In this document: positions 38,466 through 52,727 of the stretch, in pieces
How positions within the stretch are numbered: position 1 is the stretch's first letter
Layout: each line of letters starts with the position of its first letter
Assembly: GCF_016835505.1 (NCBI RefSeq)
Contig: NC_053155.1
Coordinates: 74,788,088-74,852,087, forward strand
Origin: Polypterus senegalus
Lineage: Eukaryota
Direction: 5' to 3'
Length of the DNA: 64,000 nucleotides
Notes under the pieces: model-generated
The model's input: the letters and a program-made list of their open reading frames with translations, nothing else
The model's database searches: none
What the model was told of the DNA's origin: nothing
Made by a program: the position numbers and the translations under genes

Positions 38466-39660
38466 CAATACTGTGTAAATGTACCTGGATACTGTGTAAT
38501 AGTATGATGACATGTTGACTTTATTCTCGATATTTCCACTTTAATCTCGACGCTTACGATGAGAATAAAGTCGTCATGTCAACTTTATTCTTGTAATTTG
38601 TCATTAAAGTAGAATATCGTAAGCTAAACTTCATCTTAAAATGAATATTTAATTTACTAGATTTTCTCAAACCCCGTCATAAGTTATGTAGCACATTTAA
38701 ATGCTTTGTGTTAAGTGTTCCCCGAGCCCTGTTAATCACTACGTGCCTCTTAAACTGACTTTCTCTTGCACTAAGAGGAGGTGCAGGCAGCAATCACCAC
38801 ACAGAATACATTAATGTCATGAAATTCCTGCGATGTGCTGCCGCCTTGTTCAGGATTTGCTCCCACCTCGCACACCGTGCTTGCTGGGATGGGCACAATC
38901 CTGAATGGATGGCATAATTAAACATGTATAACGAAGATTTTTTGTAAAGTTCCGAGCACACCATAATCTAAGTTAATAACTAGTTTTAATTTCACAAAGA
39001 CGTTTATTGTGTGGTGATTGGTTATGTGGAGAAAGAAAAAGGAAGGATAGGAACTGTTTGGTACATCAGATAGAGACAGCATGCATGCAATAAAGAAAGG
39101 TGTTCGTGTCTCCAACCACCAGATCACAAACCCAAAATTTACACAATATTTAAGTTAAACCTGTGCGATACACATTCATACATCCAGTTTTTTGAAGCCT
39201 AGTCACACCTGCCATAAAGTTCCCTATACTGAATGTACACATAGGAACCCCTTACTGCGAGGGAGCAGCACTACCGTCTCACTGCCGTGCATGTTTAATA
39301 CATGCTTTAAAGCATTTCATGAAAATGATATCAAGTATTTATCTTGGCATTCTAAATTTTCAGAGAGCAGGAATATATTGAAATAAATGTATTCTTTGCG
39401 GCGATCGCTGCCTGTGCTTTCTCTTAGTGTGGAGGAAGTTATTTTAAAAAGCACTTAGCGATTAACAACTGTGTCAGGGAAACTTAACACAAAGCATTTA
39501 ATGTGCTACATAACTTATGACGGGGTTTAAGAAAATCTAGTAAATTAAATATTCATTTTAGGATGAAGTTTAGTTTACAACATTCTGCTTTAATGAAAAA
39601 ATAAACTATGAGAATAAAGTGGAAATGTCGATTTTTAACCTCGACATAGTTTTTTTTTTT
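38466..39660. mobile_element. Non-autonomous DNA transposon with ~200-bp TIRs (MITE-like)
   Basis: 38600-38745 (cattaaagtagaatatcgtaagctaaacttcatcttaaaatgaatatttaatttactagattttctcaaaccccgtcataagttatgtagcacatttaaatgctttgtgttaag…) is the reverse complement of 39470-39610. The left arm carries a nested palindrome, gagaataaagtcgtcatgtcaactttattctc. Confidence 0.6.
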
Positions 39661-40021
39661 TTCGTCTTCACTGTGGTCCTAATATGCTTTCTTAGTGCTA
39701 TATAATATATATATTATTATATATATATATATATAATATAAAATAAGAATTAAAGGAACACTTTTTAATGAGAGAATAGCATAAAGTCAATGAAACTTAT
39801 GGGATATTAATCTGGTCAGTTAAGTAGCAGAGGGGGTTGTTAATCAGTTTCAGCTGCTGTGGTGTTAATGAAATTAACAACAGATGCACTAGAGGGGCAA
39901 CAATGAGATGACCCCCAAAACAGGAATGGTTTAACAGGTGGAGGCCACTGCCTCCTCATCTTTTCTGACTGTTTCTTCACTAGTTTTGCATTTGGCTACA
40001 GTCAGTGTCACTACTGGTAGC

Positions 40022-41037
40022 ATGAGGCGATACCTGGACCCTTAGGAGGTTGCACAGGTAGTCCAACTTCTCCAGGATGGCACATCAATACGTGTCATTG
40101 CCAGAAGGTTTGCTGTGTCTCCCTGCACAGTCTCAAGGGCATGGAGGAGATTCTAGGAGACAAGCAGTTACTCTAGGAGAGCTGGAGAGGGCCATAGAAG
40201 GTCCATAACCCATCAGCAGGACCAGTATCTGCTCCTTTGGGCAAGGAGGAACAGGATGAGCACTTCCAGAGCCCTACAAAATGACCTCCAGCAGGCCACT
40301 GGTGTGAATGTCTCTGACCAAACAACCAGAAAGAGTTCATGAGGGTGACCCAAGGGCCCCATGTCCTCTAATGGGCCCTGAGCTCACTGCCCAGCAGCAT
40401 GCAGCTCGATTGGCATTCGCCATAGAATACCAGAATTGACAGATGCACCACTGGTGCCCTGTGCTTTTTACAGATGAGAGCAGGTTCACCCTGAGCACGT
40501 GACAGAAGTGAAAGGGTCTGGAGAAGACATGGAGAACATTATGCTGCCTGTAACATCATGAGCAGTTTGGTGGTGGGTTAATGATTGTCTGGGGAGGCAC
40601 ATCCATGGAGGGTCACACAGACCGCTAACAGGCTTGACAAAGGCACCTTGGCTGCCATTAGGTATCAGGATGAAATCCTTGGACCCATTGTCAGACCCTA
40701 TGCTGGTACAGTGGCTCCTGGTGCACGACAATTCCTGGCCTCATGTGGTGAGAGTATGCAGGCAGTTCCTGGAGGATGAAGGAATTGATACCATTGACTG
40801 GCCACCACACTTTCCTGACATAATCCAATAGAACACCTCTGGGACATTATGTTTTGGTCCATCCAATGCCACCAGGTTGCACCTCAGACTGTCCAGGAGC
40901 TCAGTGATGCCCTGGTCCAGATCTGGGAGGAGATCCCCCACAACACCATCTGTCATCTCATTAGAAGCATGCACCGATGTTGTCAGGCATGTATACAAAA
41001 ACACAGGGGCCATATAAAGTGCTGCGTACAATTTTGA
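40022..41037 (+). pseudogene. Tc1-like transposase pseudogene with multiple stops and frameshifts
   Basis: MRRYLDP*EVAQVVQLLQDGTSIRVIARRFAVSPCTVSRAWRRF…[50 protein letters not shown]… then …DWPPHFPDIIQ… and …QIWEEIPHNTICHLIRSMHRCCQACIQKHRGH spread over frames. A classic Tc1 HTH plus DDE layout. Confidence 0.75.
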
Positions 41038-44000
41038 GTTGCTGCAATTAAATTTTGGCAAAATGGACTAGCCTGCCACATAATTTTTCACTCTGATTTT
41101 TGGGCGTCTTTGAATTCAGGGCTCTGTAGGTTGATCATTTTCATTTCCATCAAACGATGTGGCATCCTTTCGTTCCTAACACATTACCCAGTCTATGTCA
41201 GTATACATATCCAGGAGGATTTCTTTTTCCCATTGAGATCTGATGTGTTTTCAAAGTGTTCCTATAATTTTTTTGAGCAGTTTATATATTAGCTTGAAGC
41301 AAGATCCATATTAATGCAATTTGTCTTAATGATGGTTCAGTTAATAAAGATGGCATCTGCACTTGCACTTGTTTTATTTTATTTTTATTTGGTGAATACT
41401 GTAATAATATTACTGGAAGTTGCATGATTATTTTATTATTATTTAATAGTTTAAATATTATGCAGTTTAATGATGGTAAAGTTGTTTAAAAAGTTAGTGT
41501 GTCAGTGGACGGAGATTGTTAACATTAATAGAAAGTGTAGTTGGTTTACAAAAAATATTCACTATTCCTTTTCTAAGGCATGTTCAGTGCAACACAACTT
41601 TTGACAAGCAACTCTGAATATCTTACTAAGTCTAAATGCCTCTTTGGATGGTTGAAAATATGTTGTCAAAATTATAGCTTAAGTTTTTTTCAAAATTATG
41701 CAATGCGATTCTCTTCATTAGTGCCACCCCCTTGAAAGCTATCACTTTATGGGGCCATGCAAACCTGTATTAATACTTGTGTGCACATTAAAAATGTTTT
41801 TTGTACAATGTAAAATTCTCATGACAGTGGAATAGGTTATTCTTAGCCAGTCTTCTGCAGTAATTGCAGTGGAAAATGTGGTTAACATCCACTCATGCAT
41901 GGGTAAAGAAATACAGTACTGTCGAATACTGTGAAACCAGTATAATTAGAAAAATACTGTGATCTAGAATTTTGGTCTTACCGCTCAGCACTAGTGTATA
42001 GGAACTTTCCAGCTGAAATCAATGACTTTGAATGAACTTGTTTCAGTTAATTCAGATGTTTCTCATTTTTTTTCAGTGCAAAATTGATGGTTCTTCAGCA
42101 GTTTTTCTTTTTTCTAACCCTTCTTACTAATTTTTACAAGGGGTGCCAATAATAGTGGTGGTCACTGTATATGATCTACTCTGGGAACAAGAAGATAACT
42201 ACACTGACTTACAAATAATAACAGTAAAAAAATTCAAGATTTGGAAACCTTCATTGTTTTACTGTTAAAACTGTTGCAATTACATTCTTTGATTATTTTT
42301 ATCAATAAGATTCAAACAGCAAGTGTGCTCATCTTGAAGTATGTAGGTTCAGCAAAATTTAACATAAAACAATAGTGACAGAGTGAAGTTCTTACCATTC
42401 TGCTTTATTTGATAACATTTTCATGATGTTCTCAGAAAAGGAAAATCCACAATGTTCAAATATGTTTAACTTAAATAATATTATTCAGTAATTTAAAGAA
42501 TTGACTACCAATTAAGAAATTAGCTGGATCAAAGCCTGCAGAAACCCTTTCTCTTTAATGGGGTTTTAAAAACTTTGTTTTATACCATCATCCCTAACAC
42601 ATGTGTTAGTCACCCTCTTTTCAGTTATTAAAATAATTCTTAAATATATTAAAGAATATGTTCTATATTTTTTAAGTCTGTTATTGTTTCAGAATGTGGC
42701 ATATATTGGATTGCCATATAGAATTGTGTTCAGAATTGAAGCATATTTTATAAATTTTGCAAAAGTAACTAGTCCGCTCTTGTGTTTAATAATTGAGGTG
42801 AATGGTCCAAGATCCTTGCATATTGAAAAGCCATAAAACTTACCAAGCATGTCAATTTTTCAAGGCAAAATTTTAGAGTATTGATTTCCATCATGAGATT
42901 ACACACACACATTCAAAATGGCATATCCATGTCATTTTGAGAAGGAAGAAAGCAAACTATTTATGCGAGAGTCGGCCATTTTAAGAGGAGACCAGCTGTG
43001 CAGCTCACTTTGTGAAGTTCGTCTTCCTCCGCAGTACTGTTTCAACCCCATGACAACTGTCCTCACTGCAGCCTGCAGAACAGGGAGGAGGTACAAAGCC
43101 CCATAAAGTCTTTTCTAAGAGGCCTTACTGGTATCTTTTGAATGTTGATACCCAAATGTGAATTATGGTCTTAATTCTGTAGATAACAGTAACTGAAAAA
43201 GGTTGCATGATTGCTTGTGTTCTTTCAGTATACAGAAGCAGTTTTCTTTGTCAATGACAATGCTAACTGCGCTGGATTAATAATGCATGTGTGTGTTTCA
43301 GTAAGAGAGAATATTGAGTTTGTAAAATTGAACACAAGGCAGGAACAACAACCAGATTTTGCACCAGTATTTTGCAGGGCAGACATGCAAATGTGCCAAT
43401 TTAGCAATGCCAATTAGTCTACGTTTTAATCTGGTGCAAGTGTAGTAATTTCAGTACTAATGTTTTTGTAGCACAGAGCTGTTGTTCCTATCTCGTAGTA
43501 TCAGGTTCTACATGGAGTCTGCAAGTTCTTCCTTTCTATTTACAGGTAGATTGGCACCAGTGTAAGTAGATTTACTCATTTAAAAGCATTGTCCTTACCA
43601 AGAATAACTCATCATACATTAAAAAAAAAAAAATTAATGATTGGTTTGTGGTGCTTCAATCTGCTCTATCACACACTTTGACTCTGTTTTTTTTGTAAAC
43701 GGTGTTTGTGCAAGGCATGTCATGGAAAAGAGTGGCTTGGTTCTTTCAAAAAAATTTTTTAAAATTCAATGCAGTGTAATCACTTCACTTCATTTCAGAC
43801 TTACTATGAATAACAAAGAACAATGAAACCCACATGTGCACTTTTCACTACGCTTCTGTGCTGCCTCCATTTGGCTCCAAAGGCTTGAATGTAAAGGGCT
43901 GGTGTCTTAGGGGTGATTTTGCCATTGTGTTTTCCTAACATCACCCACAGTGACCGGTGCAAGCAGACAAACGAGAAAGAAATGTATCTTACCTTGAGAA

Positions 44001-44331
44001 ATTAGGACTAAGAATCTGTAATAAAATAATTGTTTCTAGTTTAATTTCATTATCACAGGAGATATGGATAGATATGAATAGATGTATCTATATAGATATC
44101 ATAGAGAGATGAAATGCTCCTCTTTAGAGCACAATTTCAAATGACAAACTATACTAAAATTATGAAAAAATAAGCGACTTGTAAAATTCCAAACGTGAAG
44201 AAATAAGCGACTTGAAAAATTCCAAAAGTATATCCACTCTTATTTACAAAGGCAGCTTAAAATAACAGCACAGGATACTGTGTTTTCAGACCTGGCCTAG
44301 CCTCCATGGTAAAACTGTATTTGTCTTTTAG

Positions 44332-44451
44332 ATTCACGACCAGTTCTGAACCTTGGAGTGGATCTACAGCTTGACTGGATGACTGTAGAAGATTTCCAGA
44401 AACACCTCCACGGAAAAGATCAAAATCATATCACCACAACAGTGTCTACAA
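44332..44451 (+). CDS. mphosph8: mpp8 exon 6
   Basis: DSRPVLNLGVDLQLDWMTVEDFQKHLHGKDQNHITTTVST. Human has DGRQQILSLGMDLQLEWMKLEDFQKHLDGKDENFAATDAIPS. Confidence 0.85.
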
Positions 44452-47400
44452 GTAAGAAATGATCTTAGCTTACGCTTAAAAAAAAAAGAGAAGAAATGAA
44501 ACTGAATGAATTTTGAAAGAAATTGTTTTTTAAGTTAACATTGTGTGTTGGACAGACCCAATATTAATTGCTAAAGATCAAGTGCATTTTTATATTAGTT
44601 ATGACTATTTAACCAAAGTCAAGAAAGCTTGACCACATTTGGCTTAAGAACATTAGTTCAGGTTATTAATGAACACAAAACAATCATAGATATAGGACAT
44701 GTATTTCCACCTAAGCACACATATCTGGCATTAAGTGTAAAATAAAGAAATGTACTTTCTTGAAGACTTTATTTTTTCCTTGCGGCCCAGATAGAAATTG
44801 TTCAAGGTATGAATCATTTTGTTTGACATTAAAGAGAGACGGCAGTTGTAGTCCCTGTCTAGTTTCAATGCTGACTTTTTAGTAAGGCTTGACTAAGTGT
44901 TTTACTATGTACAAAGAACCTTTTGGTCTTTTTTGTTTTATGCAATTTGAATTCAGCAAGTTCTTAAAATTGGGAAACTGTATTCTGTAAAGTTTATTGC
45001 TGATTGATTTACAGTAGGATTAACATGTGCCTCGTTGCCTTGGCTGGTTGTTTGCATTGTTGTTCCTAGTTAAATTTGCCCAAACCTTTAGTCCACTATC
45101 CTGTAGTTTTAAGCTATATGTTGTGTGATATGAGTTCCATTGGTGAACTTGACAGCCTAAATTGTGTTAGCTTCTTTGTTTGGTAGGATCTTCACCTTAT
45201 GCACTGTAGATTCTCAGAGCAGGTGGGACTGGTCTTGTGACACCCAACTAACGTGGAATATTCATCTTTTATGCTGCAGGTATCCAGTGTCAGTTCCTTC
45301 ATTTGAGCACACACTGGTATAATTGATCATTGATTTTTCTAATAATAATAATTTTTTTTTTGTTTTCTCTTGACCTAATAAAATGTCATGTTGCACTACT
45401 ACATAAATGAACAATTCGTTTATTCACCGATATAATTTGGTACACTATTTTCGACTCCCTGATAAGATGAAACATCCTGTTCTTAGGAAATATGTTCTAG
45501 CTGTTTCATTAAAATGTAGCACTCAAACATCAAAATGAGAAAATGATTTTTTGTGTGTAGCTACTGCATAGCTCAGATTTAATGAAAGGAATGTTTTTAA
45601 TTCTAGACAACTTTTAGTGTTGGCCCAAAGTAAACATTTCGGTCAATTACGAAAACTAATGTTTTTGTCCACTTCAACTAACACCAATATGCGCACACAC
45701 AAAGTAAATAAAAAAAAAAAAAAAAAAAGTATTTTTGAATGGTTTTATTATGTTGAAAATGTATGCATTAGCAAAGGAACAACATGAGCATGTGAAACCA
45801 GAATGAATATGTTTATTACTAACTTTTTAAGTGGATCTAAGCAGGCAGTACTTTCTGGGGAATAAAGCAAGATCTAGTCTATCTCTCTAACAAAATGTAC
45901 ACTCCAGATCACGTACAGAAACCTGCTTAACATACACATTTTGGGTATCTTGAGTACACCAGGGCAAGTCATTTAGTAATATGGCATTGGATATATTTAA
46001 AAAAAAAAAAAAAAAAATATCATATTCTTTATGACTTAATGAGACATATACTGCTTTAAATAAAATAGAAATGACAAGGTATAAATGAGGCCAGTTACTC
46101 TGGGCTTCTTTAAAGATACTAATGTTATGCTTTTCTTAATAAAAAGACAGAAATGCTTCTCTCAGCAGCAACTCAGTTTTTATTTTCAGGTCATTATATT
46201 TGACACAACTAAAAAAAAATGTGTTCACTGTGTACACCAGTACAAGATGCTGATAATAACTTGTGGGCTGCCTTGTGCTTTTCTAATACTGAAGGGTGGT
46301 CTAAATCATCCAGTGGCTACAGCTGGCTTTCACTGTAATAATATGAAGTAAGCTGACCGCCTATTTGTGCCAGAAAATCCAATTTAATAAGAAATGTGGG
46401 ACAGGGAAATGTACAGTTCGTCATACAAAAGAAGAAAAAAATAACACACCGTAAATGTTTTACATTTTATAAGTAATTATATAACTTATGTAGTTATTTT
46501 TTTGTGAGAAACCAGTAATGTAACTAAGTTACTTTTAAAAGTAATGTTCCTAAACACTGTATGATGGGTATTCCGTATAAAGTGATGTGCTTTTAACCAC
46601 TCTTGCACAAAGTGTCCTACACTTTAACACTATGTACCGTGAGTGTGCCTTTGGATATTAAAAGAATGCACTGGTAGCGGAGTGATGGCGATATTGCTGG
46701 ATGTTTTTGTATTAGGTTTACAATTACATTAAAACTAGTCTTGTTTGAAAATCTTTTACAGTTTAGATGCAGGGAACACATCTTTCACAAAAACAAAACT
46801 TAAAGCTAACTGAATTTTAACATGCAGATGAACCTGTTCTTTTTATTAAGTTCCCAATAAGATAAATTCCTACACTTCGCCCCCCTTAAAACAGCGACTT
46901 GACTATCCAAAATGAAAAAACACACAAGCTACGCTGCTGCAGTGACACTTTTGCAGGCATTGTGGTAGATGTGAATTGTAAATACTTGATGAAAAAGAAG
47001 AGGCGATGCCTTTTACATGGCCGTTTTTGTCTCTGTACATATTGGGGGCACTAAGTTTTATACCTGGCCTGATATCCACAGACCGCCATACATTTTGTGT
47101 GTGTGTTTGTTGCGTGGCCATGTGTGTTGCCTGTGTGTTTTTCTGCTGTGGCTTACATACTTAAACATGGTTGTTTACAATAATCGCTGCCTCAAATTAT
47201 TTGGTGAAGTAGTAAGCTTGGCAAGGCTGGTTTATCATTCAGTAGTAGTAGTCAAAATGTACATATTGGATAGATGCCAGCGTCATAATTTTTAATGAAC
47301 ATCAGACGACTAACAATAAGATTGCAGATATGTCATCCATTTGTAACATAGTTATAGTTAAAACTGCACACACAGATATGGCAAGTTATTTTTAGGTCTT

Positions 47401-48626
47401 ATTCTTGAATTTTATTCATGCCAGTTCCCATTTTTAATATCTAGAATTTATATTTTGACCAGTCAAAATTCTTTTACAGTTTTCCCTTATTAAAGTCCCA
47501 AGGAAGTCATTAGCAAACGTCTGTTTCACCTGCCAAAGTATAATTTTAAATATTTCTAGGTAGAATTTTGACAAATGAACATAAATGTTGAGAATGGTAA
47601 TTAGGACAAGATACTAATTATTAAAACTGTTTACCTAATGTCACACTACCCAGGCATCTCAAACTGAAAGCTCTAGAAATCAAGGCAACATTCCGTCATC
47701 TATAAATAATTACATACTTATTTTATCTGTTAGTACAATTATAGATTGATATCTCTCTTTTGCATTTTTGCTAGGTAGTATGTAATTGTGGATATAGTAA
47801 ATTTGTATTCTTCCTAGCTAAAATTTAAGTTTCAATTTTTTTTAATTTCTGGACTTTTCAGAGTACACTATACATTAAATGTTAAAATGTCTTGCCACAG
47901 AAGTATGTCCATGTGATCAAGGTGACGTCCGAAATCGTTTAAAAGCACAAGCATCCATAGGAGAGCAAACTGTTTGGGGTCACAGGCTACAAGTGAGTCT
48001 GCTACAGTAAGCACTAGAAGTGAAAGCTGATGCAATTCAATTCAATGGATGAAACAAATTACAGTTATAAAGTTGTGCCATGGCAGACCTAAGACAAATT
48101 AATCAAACAGTACATTTAAGAATTATTCAGCCATGTTAAGCTATGTTGCTTAATTATCTGTAACTTCTTTGTCATGCTATGATTGGAAGATCAAAAAATT
48201 TTTCAAAAGCTTAAAACTATATTACACAATTGCTGTCATGGCAGTCATAGCTGCATGAACGCCTGGTCCAAATGTGAGTCCTCCAAAGTGAACATGCAGA
48301 CACAGTAAGAAGAGATGCTGGCTGCATCAGCCAAGATGTTAAAATAGTGTTCTCGATTCTCAGGAGTACATTGGGTCTGTATTAGTAGTTTTGGTTTTCA
48401 CTAATTTTACGTAATTGTTATTCTCCTGCAAACACTTTTAATAGCCTCCTGCTGAATTTATTATACCAGCAGAATGACTTGCTGCCTTGGACACTACACT
48501 ACTAACTACAGACTTGATTTCCTTTTAATTCCTTTTTTTCCTGTTTAGATAAATTTGCTTATACATCTGTTTTATTTTAAAAATAAGTTGTGTGCCATTG
48601 ATAAGGTTATTTTCCTTACTCTCTAG

Positions 48627-48715
48627 GTGTTCTACGTGATGCAGTAAAAAATGGGGATTACTTGACTGTAAAACTGGCACTGAATTCAAAAGAGGAATAT
48701 AATTTAGATCAAGAG
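48627..48715 (+). CDS. mphosph8: mpp8 exon 7 (start of ankyrin-repeat domain)
   Basis: (S)VLRDAVKNGDYLTVKLALNSKEEYNLDQE then gtaacg. Human has NVLRDAVKNGDYITVKVALNSNEEYNLDQE. Confidence 0.9.
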
Positions 48716-49849
48716 GTAACGGGTCCATTTTTTGTTACTAATGTTTCATTGTTCTTTAATAATTATTTAAATATTAGACTTTTTTAGTTAATTCATTCTT
48801 AAATTAAAACTAATTCTGTTTTAAAGAGGGGTTCATGTGCACACATTTTAACAGTAATTTGCTGTAGTTGATGCATACAGTCTACTAGAAACAAACAAAT
48901 GGGCAAATAATTCGCTCATGTGGAGAAGTAAACAGTAAGGTTAAATAACTGAGGTAACTACTGTATAACTAGTATTGCAATTCATTTATGTGATCTGTTG
49001 TAGTTTACTATTCCTTTTCTATTTGACTAAAGTTAAAGTTGAAATCTATTACACCTAATCAGATTAAAGTTTTGCTGAATTTAGCTCAGTAAAACAACTG
49101 TGGAAGACGAATTCTAGTGTCTTTCTATGACAACAAGGAATACTCAGTTACTGCAAAAACCATACACACATGTACATTGTTTAAATTAAGCTCTTGACAC
49201 AGCCTTATGTGACTAGCCTTTCTGAAAAAGGATTGTCAACCAGTAACTGAAGTTAGAATATGTCATATTTAAAATATTATTTGAATACTAGCCAACCCGC
49301 GGCGTACCATACGCCGCATAATCAGGTCGGTTTTTAAATGATTTTTAAGCACAGGGAGAAAATTAACATTTGAAAAATCGGTAATGTAATATATCAGCAA
49401 GAAAAACAACATTGTAACAATGCACGGAACGAACCAACACACAAACATCCGTGACTGAAAACTGGCGGACTGCAATCGTGCCTTCTCTTGCCAGACGGAG
49501 GGATGGGGGTGCACGGTGCGGAGTGTGGAACGGGAGGAGAGGAGAAGGACGTCCATTCAGCTCCCTCCGTCATGCTAGTCTGCTGAATTCTCATTCAGTA
49601 TGTACTGCCCGCTCATGTGCCCACCTCCAACTCATCACTTGAGTCGTTGGCTGCTTTTCTATATATAATCCACCAAGACACCCGACCACAGGGGGGGGTG
49701 TGCACAAAAGGTAGGGACGCAACCAGTCGGAGCGTATGAGTCGCACTTAGTGGGAATTCCACAGTTTGCAGCCCCAATGGGGTTCAACGGCTTACCCACG
49801 CCTCTCTGTGCCGGGTAGACACACACTCAATCAATCAGTCTCGTGCATA

Positions 49850-50135
49850 ATTATTTATTGAATGCTAAACACTTCTGGAAAGACACGGTTGTCTAAAAAG
49901 GGAGGGTTTGAGGATACAACAGTAAGTGAATGAAAAGATGGAACTCTGGAGAGAGCAAAATACAACACAATAGTGAACCTGCGGCATAACAAATGCCGCA
50001 TAATTATTTATTGATGGTTGAACACTTCTGGAAAGACACAGTTGTCTAAAAAGGGAGGGTTTGAGGATACAACAGAAAGTGAATGAAAAGATGGAACTCT
50101 GGAGAGAGCAACATATAATTGTCCGTGAGTGAAGA
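49850..50135 (+). repeat. Two tandem copies of a ~143-bp unit
   Basis: gcataattatttattgaatgctaaacacttctggaaagacac(g/a)gttgtctaaaaagggagggtttgaggatacaacag(t/a)aagtgaatgaaaagatggaactctggagagagcaa at 49850 and 49995. Confidence 0.7.
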
Positions 50136-50759
50136 AGACGCATGTTTGCTGTGGATGCGAATTGCTGTATGTAGCGTGTAAAACAGTTTGCTATGGTGCA
50201 CGCGGTCGTGCGTCGTAACCGAAAACTCGGTTTTTAAAGACTGCTTACTTCATTGTGTTTTAAGGATCCCATAGGATACCCCTCGCAAACTGTTTTACGC
50301 CCTGCATATGGCGACTCACCTCCGCGAGAAACATGCCTCTATGAACAGTCAAGGTGGCTCGGAGATACATGAGGCCTCTACGACAGACGAATATAAATGA
50401 CGCCGTTCTTTCTGTGTCGACGCGCCCGAGTTGGTGGGAGTGGCTCTGAGTTGTCGTCGTATCCAATGGTCTTGGAGTTGGTGGGCGTGGCTCCTCCCTG
50501 CGTGCGTCATAGGTGTCTTACTTGTTGGCGGCTTAGTGAATCCACGCCCCTTCCGGCGTGCTTTCCATGGGTGTCTTGCCTTAGTGAATTATAAATATAG
50601 ATATACAAACACATGCTTGAAATTTTTCAAACCACTTAAATACACATTGTCATTAAATAATTAAGGAACATCAATGTGTCACTTTTAAAATAAACTTTCA
50701 TGAACAAAAAATTGAGAACTGATAAGTGATAAGAACTGATAAGATCACTTTACATGGTA

Positions 50760-51400
50760 CCACTTGTTCACGAGTGAGGGAATAATGGAGCATGAGATCG
50801 ACAAGTGGATCGGTGCGGCATCCGCAGTGATGTGGGCTCTGCATCGGTCTGTCGTGGTGTAAAAGGAGCTGAGCCGTAAGGCAAAGCTCTCAATTTACCA
50901 GTCGATCTACGCTCCTACCCTCGCCTATGGTCATGAGCTATGGGTAGTGACCGAAAGAATGAGATCGCGAATACAAGCGGCTGAAATGAGTTTCCTCTGC
51001 AGGGTGTCTGGGCTTTCCCTTAAAGACAGGGTGAGAAGCTCAGTCATCTGGGAGGGGCTCAGAGTAGAGCCGCTGCTCCTCCGCATTGAGAGGAGTCAGA
51101 TGAGGTGGCTCGGGCATCTGATCAGGATGCCTCCTGGACGCCTCCCTGGTGAGGTGTTCTGGGCACGTCCAACTGGGAGGAGGCCCCAGGGAAGACCCAG
51201 GACACACTGGAGCGACTATGTCTCTCGGCTGGCCTGGGAACGCCTCAGGATTCCCCTGGAAGAACTGGCCGGGGAGAGGGAAGTCTGGGCCTCTCTGCTC
51301 AAGCTGCTGCCCCACGACACGATCTCAGATAAGCAGAAGAGGATGGATGAATGGATGGACTTTATCATAAATCATGTTTAAGTGCTGTTTTCAAGTTGAG
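50760..51400 (+). mobile_element. LINE ORF2 C-terminal fragment plus 3' end
   Basis: …IDKWIGAASAVMWALHRSVVV, then ORF 50947-51381: MTERMRSRIQAAEMSFLCRVSGLSLKDRVRSSVIWEGLRVEPLLLRIERSQMRWLGHLIRMPPGRLPGEVFWARPTGRRPQGRPRTHWSDYVSRLAWERLRIPLEELAGEREVWASLL. This is the conserved tail of a fish LINE RT/ORF2. Confidence 0.65.
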
Positions 51401-51547
51401 AAAAATTCTAGACAGTTAAATCATTGTCCAGAAATTAAGCCAATTGAAAATATGGAAAAAAACAGGCTGTTTATATAAGACTTTCATCAAATAGGAAGCA
51501 TCTAGAGCATTTTTATTTTTAAGAATGGGTAAAGTCTGTTAAAAGTG

Positions 51548-52468
51548 TTCTCACTGGCTACTTTATTAGGTGCACCTTGCTAGTACCGAGTTGGACCCCC
51601 TTTCGGCTTCAAAACTGCCATCATGGTAGATGGGTACATGGCAGTCGTAAGGGGATGGTCAGCACCAATACTTGTGTAGGCTGTGGCATTTAAATGATGC
51701 TTAATTGATACTAAGGGGCCCAAAGTGTGCCAATAAAATATACCCCACACCATTATACCCCCACCACCACCAGCCTGAACTATTGACACAAAGCAGATGA
51801 AACCATGGTTTCAAGTTGTGGACGCCAAATTCTGACCCTACCATCTGAATGTTGTAGCAGAAATTGAGACTCGCTAGACCAGGCATTGTTTTTCCAATCT
51901 TCTATTGTCCAGTTTTGGAGAGCCTGTGGAAATTGTAGCCTCAGTTGCCTGCTCTTAGCTGACAAGAGTGTCATCTGTTATGGTCTTCTGCTGCTGTAGC
52001 CCTTCTGCTTGAAGGTTTGAAGTGTTGCACGTTCAGAGATGCTCTTCTGCATACCTCAGTTGTAATGAGTGGTTATTTGACTTACAGTTGTCTTTCTATC
52101 AACTTGAACCAGTCTGGTTGTTCTCCCCTTACCTCTGGCATCAACAAGACATTTTTACCCAGAGCATTGCCACTCACTGTATATTTTTCCGTTTTTGGAC
52201 CATTGTCTGTAAACCCTAAAGATGGTTATATGTGAAAATCTTAGTAGATCAGCCGTTTCTGAAATACTGCAGCCCATCTGGCACCAACAACCATGCCACC
52301 TTCAAAGTCACTTAAATTACCTTTTTCCCATTCTTAACTTCAGCAGGTCATCTTGGCAATGTCTAAACGCCTAAATACACTGAGTTTTTGCCATGTGATT
52401 GGCTGAATAGATATTTGAGTTAACAAGCAGTTAAACAGGTGTACCTAATAAAATGGCCGGCGAGTGTA
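51548..52468 (-). mobile_element. Internally deleted non-autonomous Tc1/mariner element, ~0.9 kb
   Basis: TIRs: 52468→ acactcgccggccattttattaggtacacctg… and 51548 cactggctactttattaggtgcaccttg (reverse complement). Minus-strand ORFs 51580-51789 and 51780-51974 encode Tc1 transposase pieces (…DWKNNAWSSESQFLLQHSDGRVRIWR…; …GGGGIMVWGIF…). Confidence 0.8.
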
Positions 52469-52727
52469 AGTTTGAGTGTATTTTCTTCACAGCTTCTGAA
52501 CTACTTGTGTAAAAAGATTTCACTTTTATGTGCATAGGGTGCATTTAGCATATATTTAGTAATTTTAAATGTTTTGACTTCCTTTAATGTCTGAGTTGAG
52601 CTAGGGAGTGAAATGACAGCTTTTCTCTCATTCAAGCATCACTATAACGTATTCTATATTTAATTTTAAGGGCAATGATTAAAAAAAAAAGAAAAGAAAT
52701 TGGTTCAAACCTCATCTTTCCTTACAG

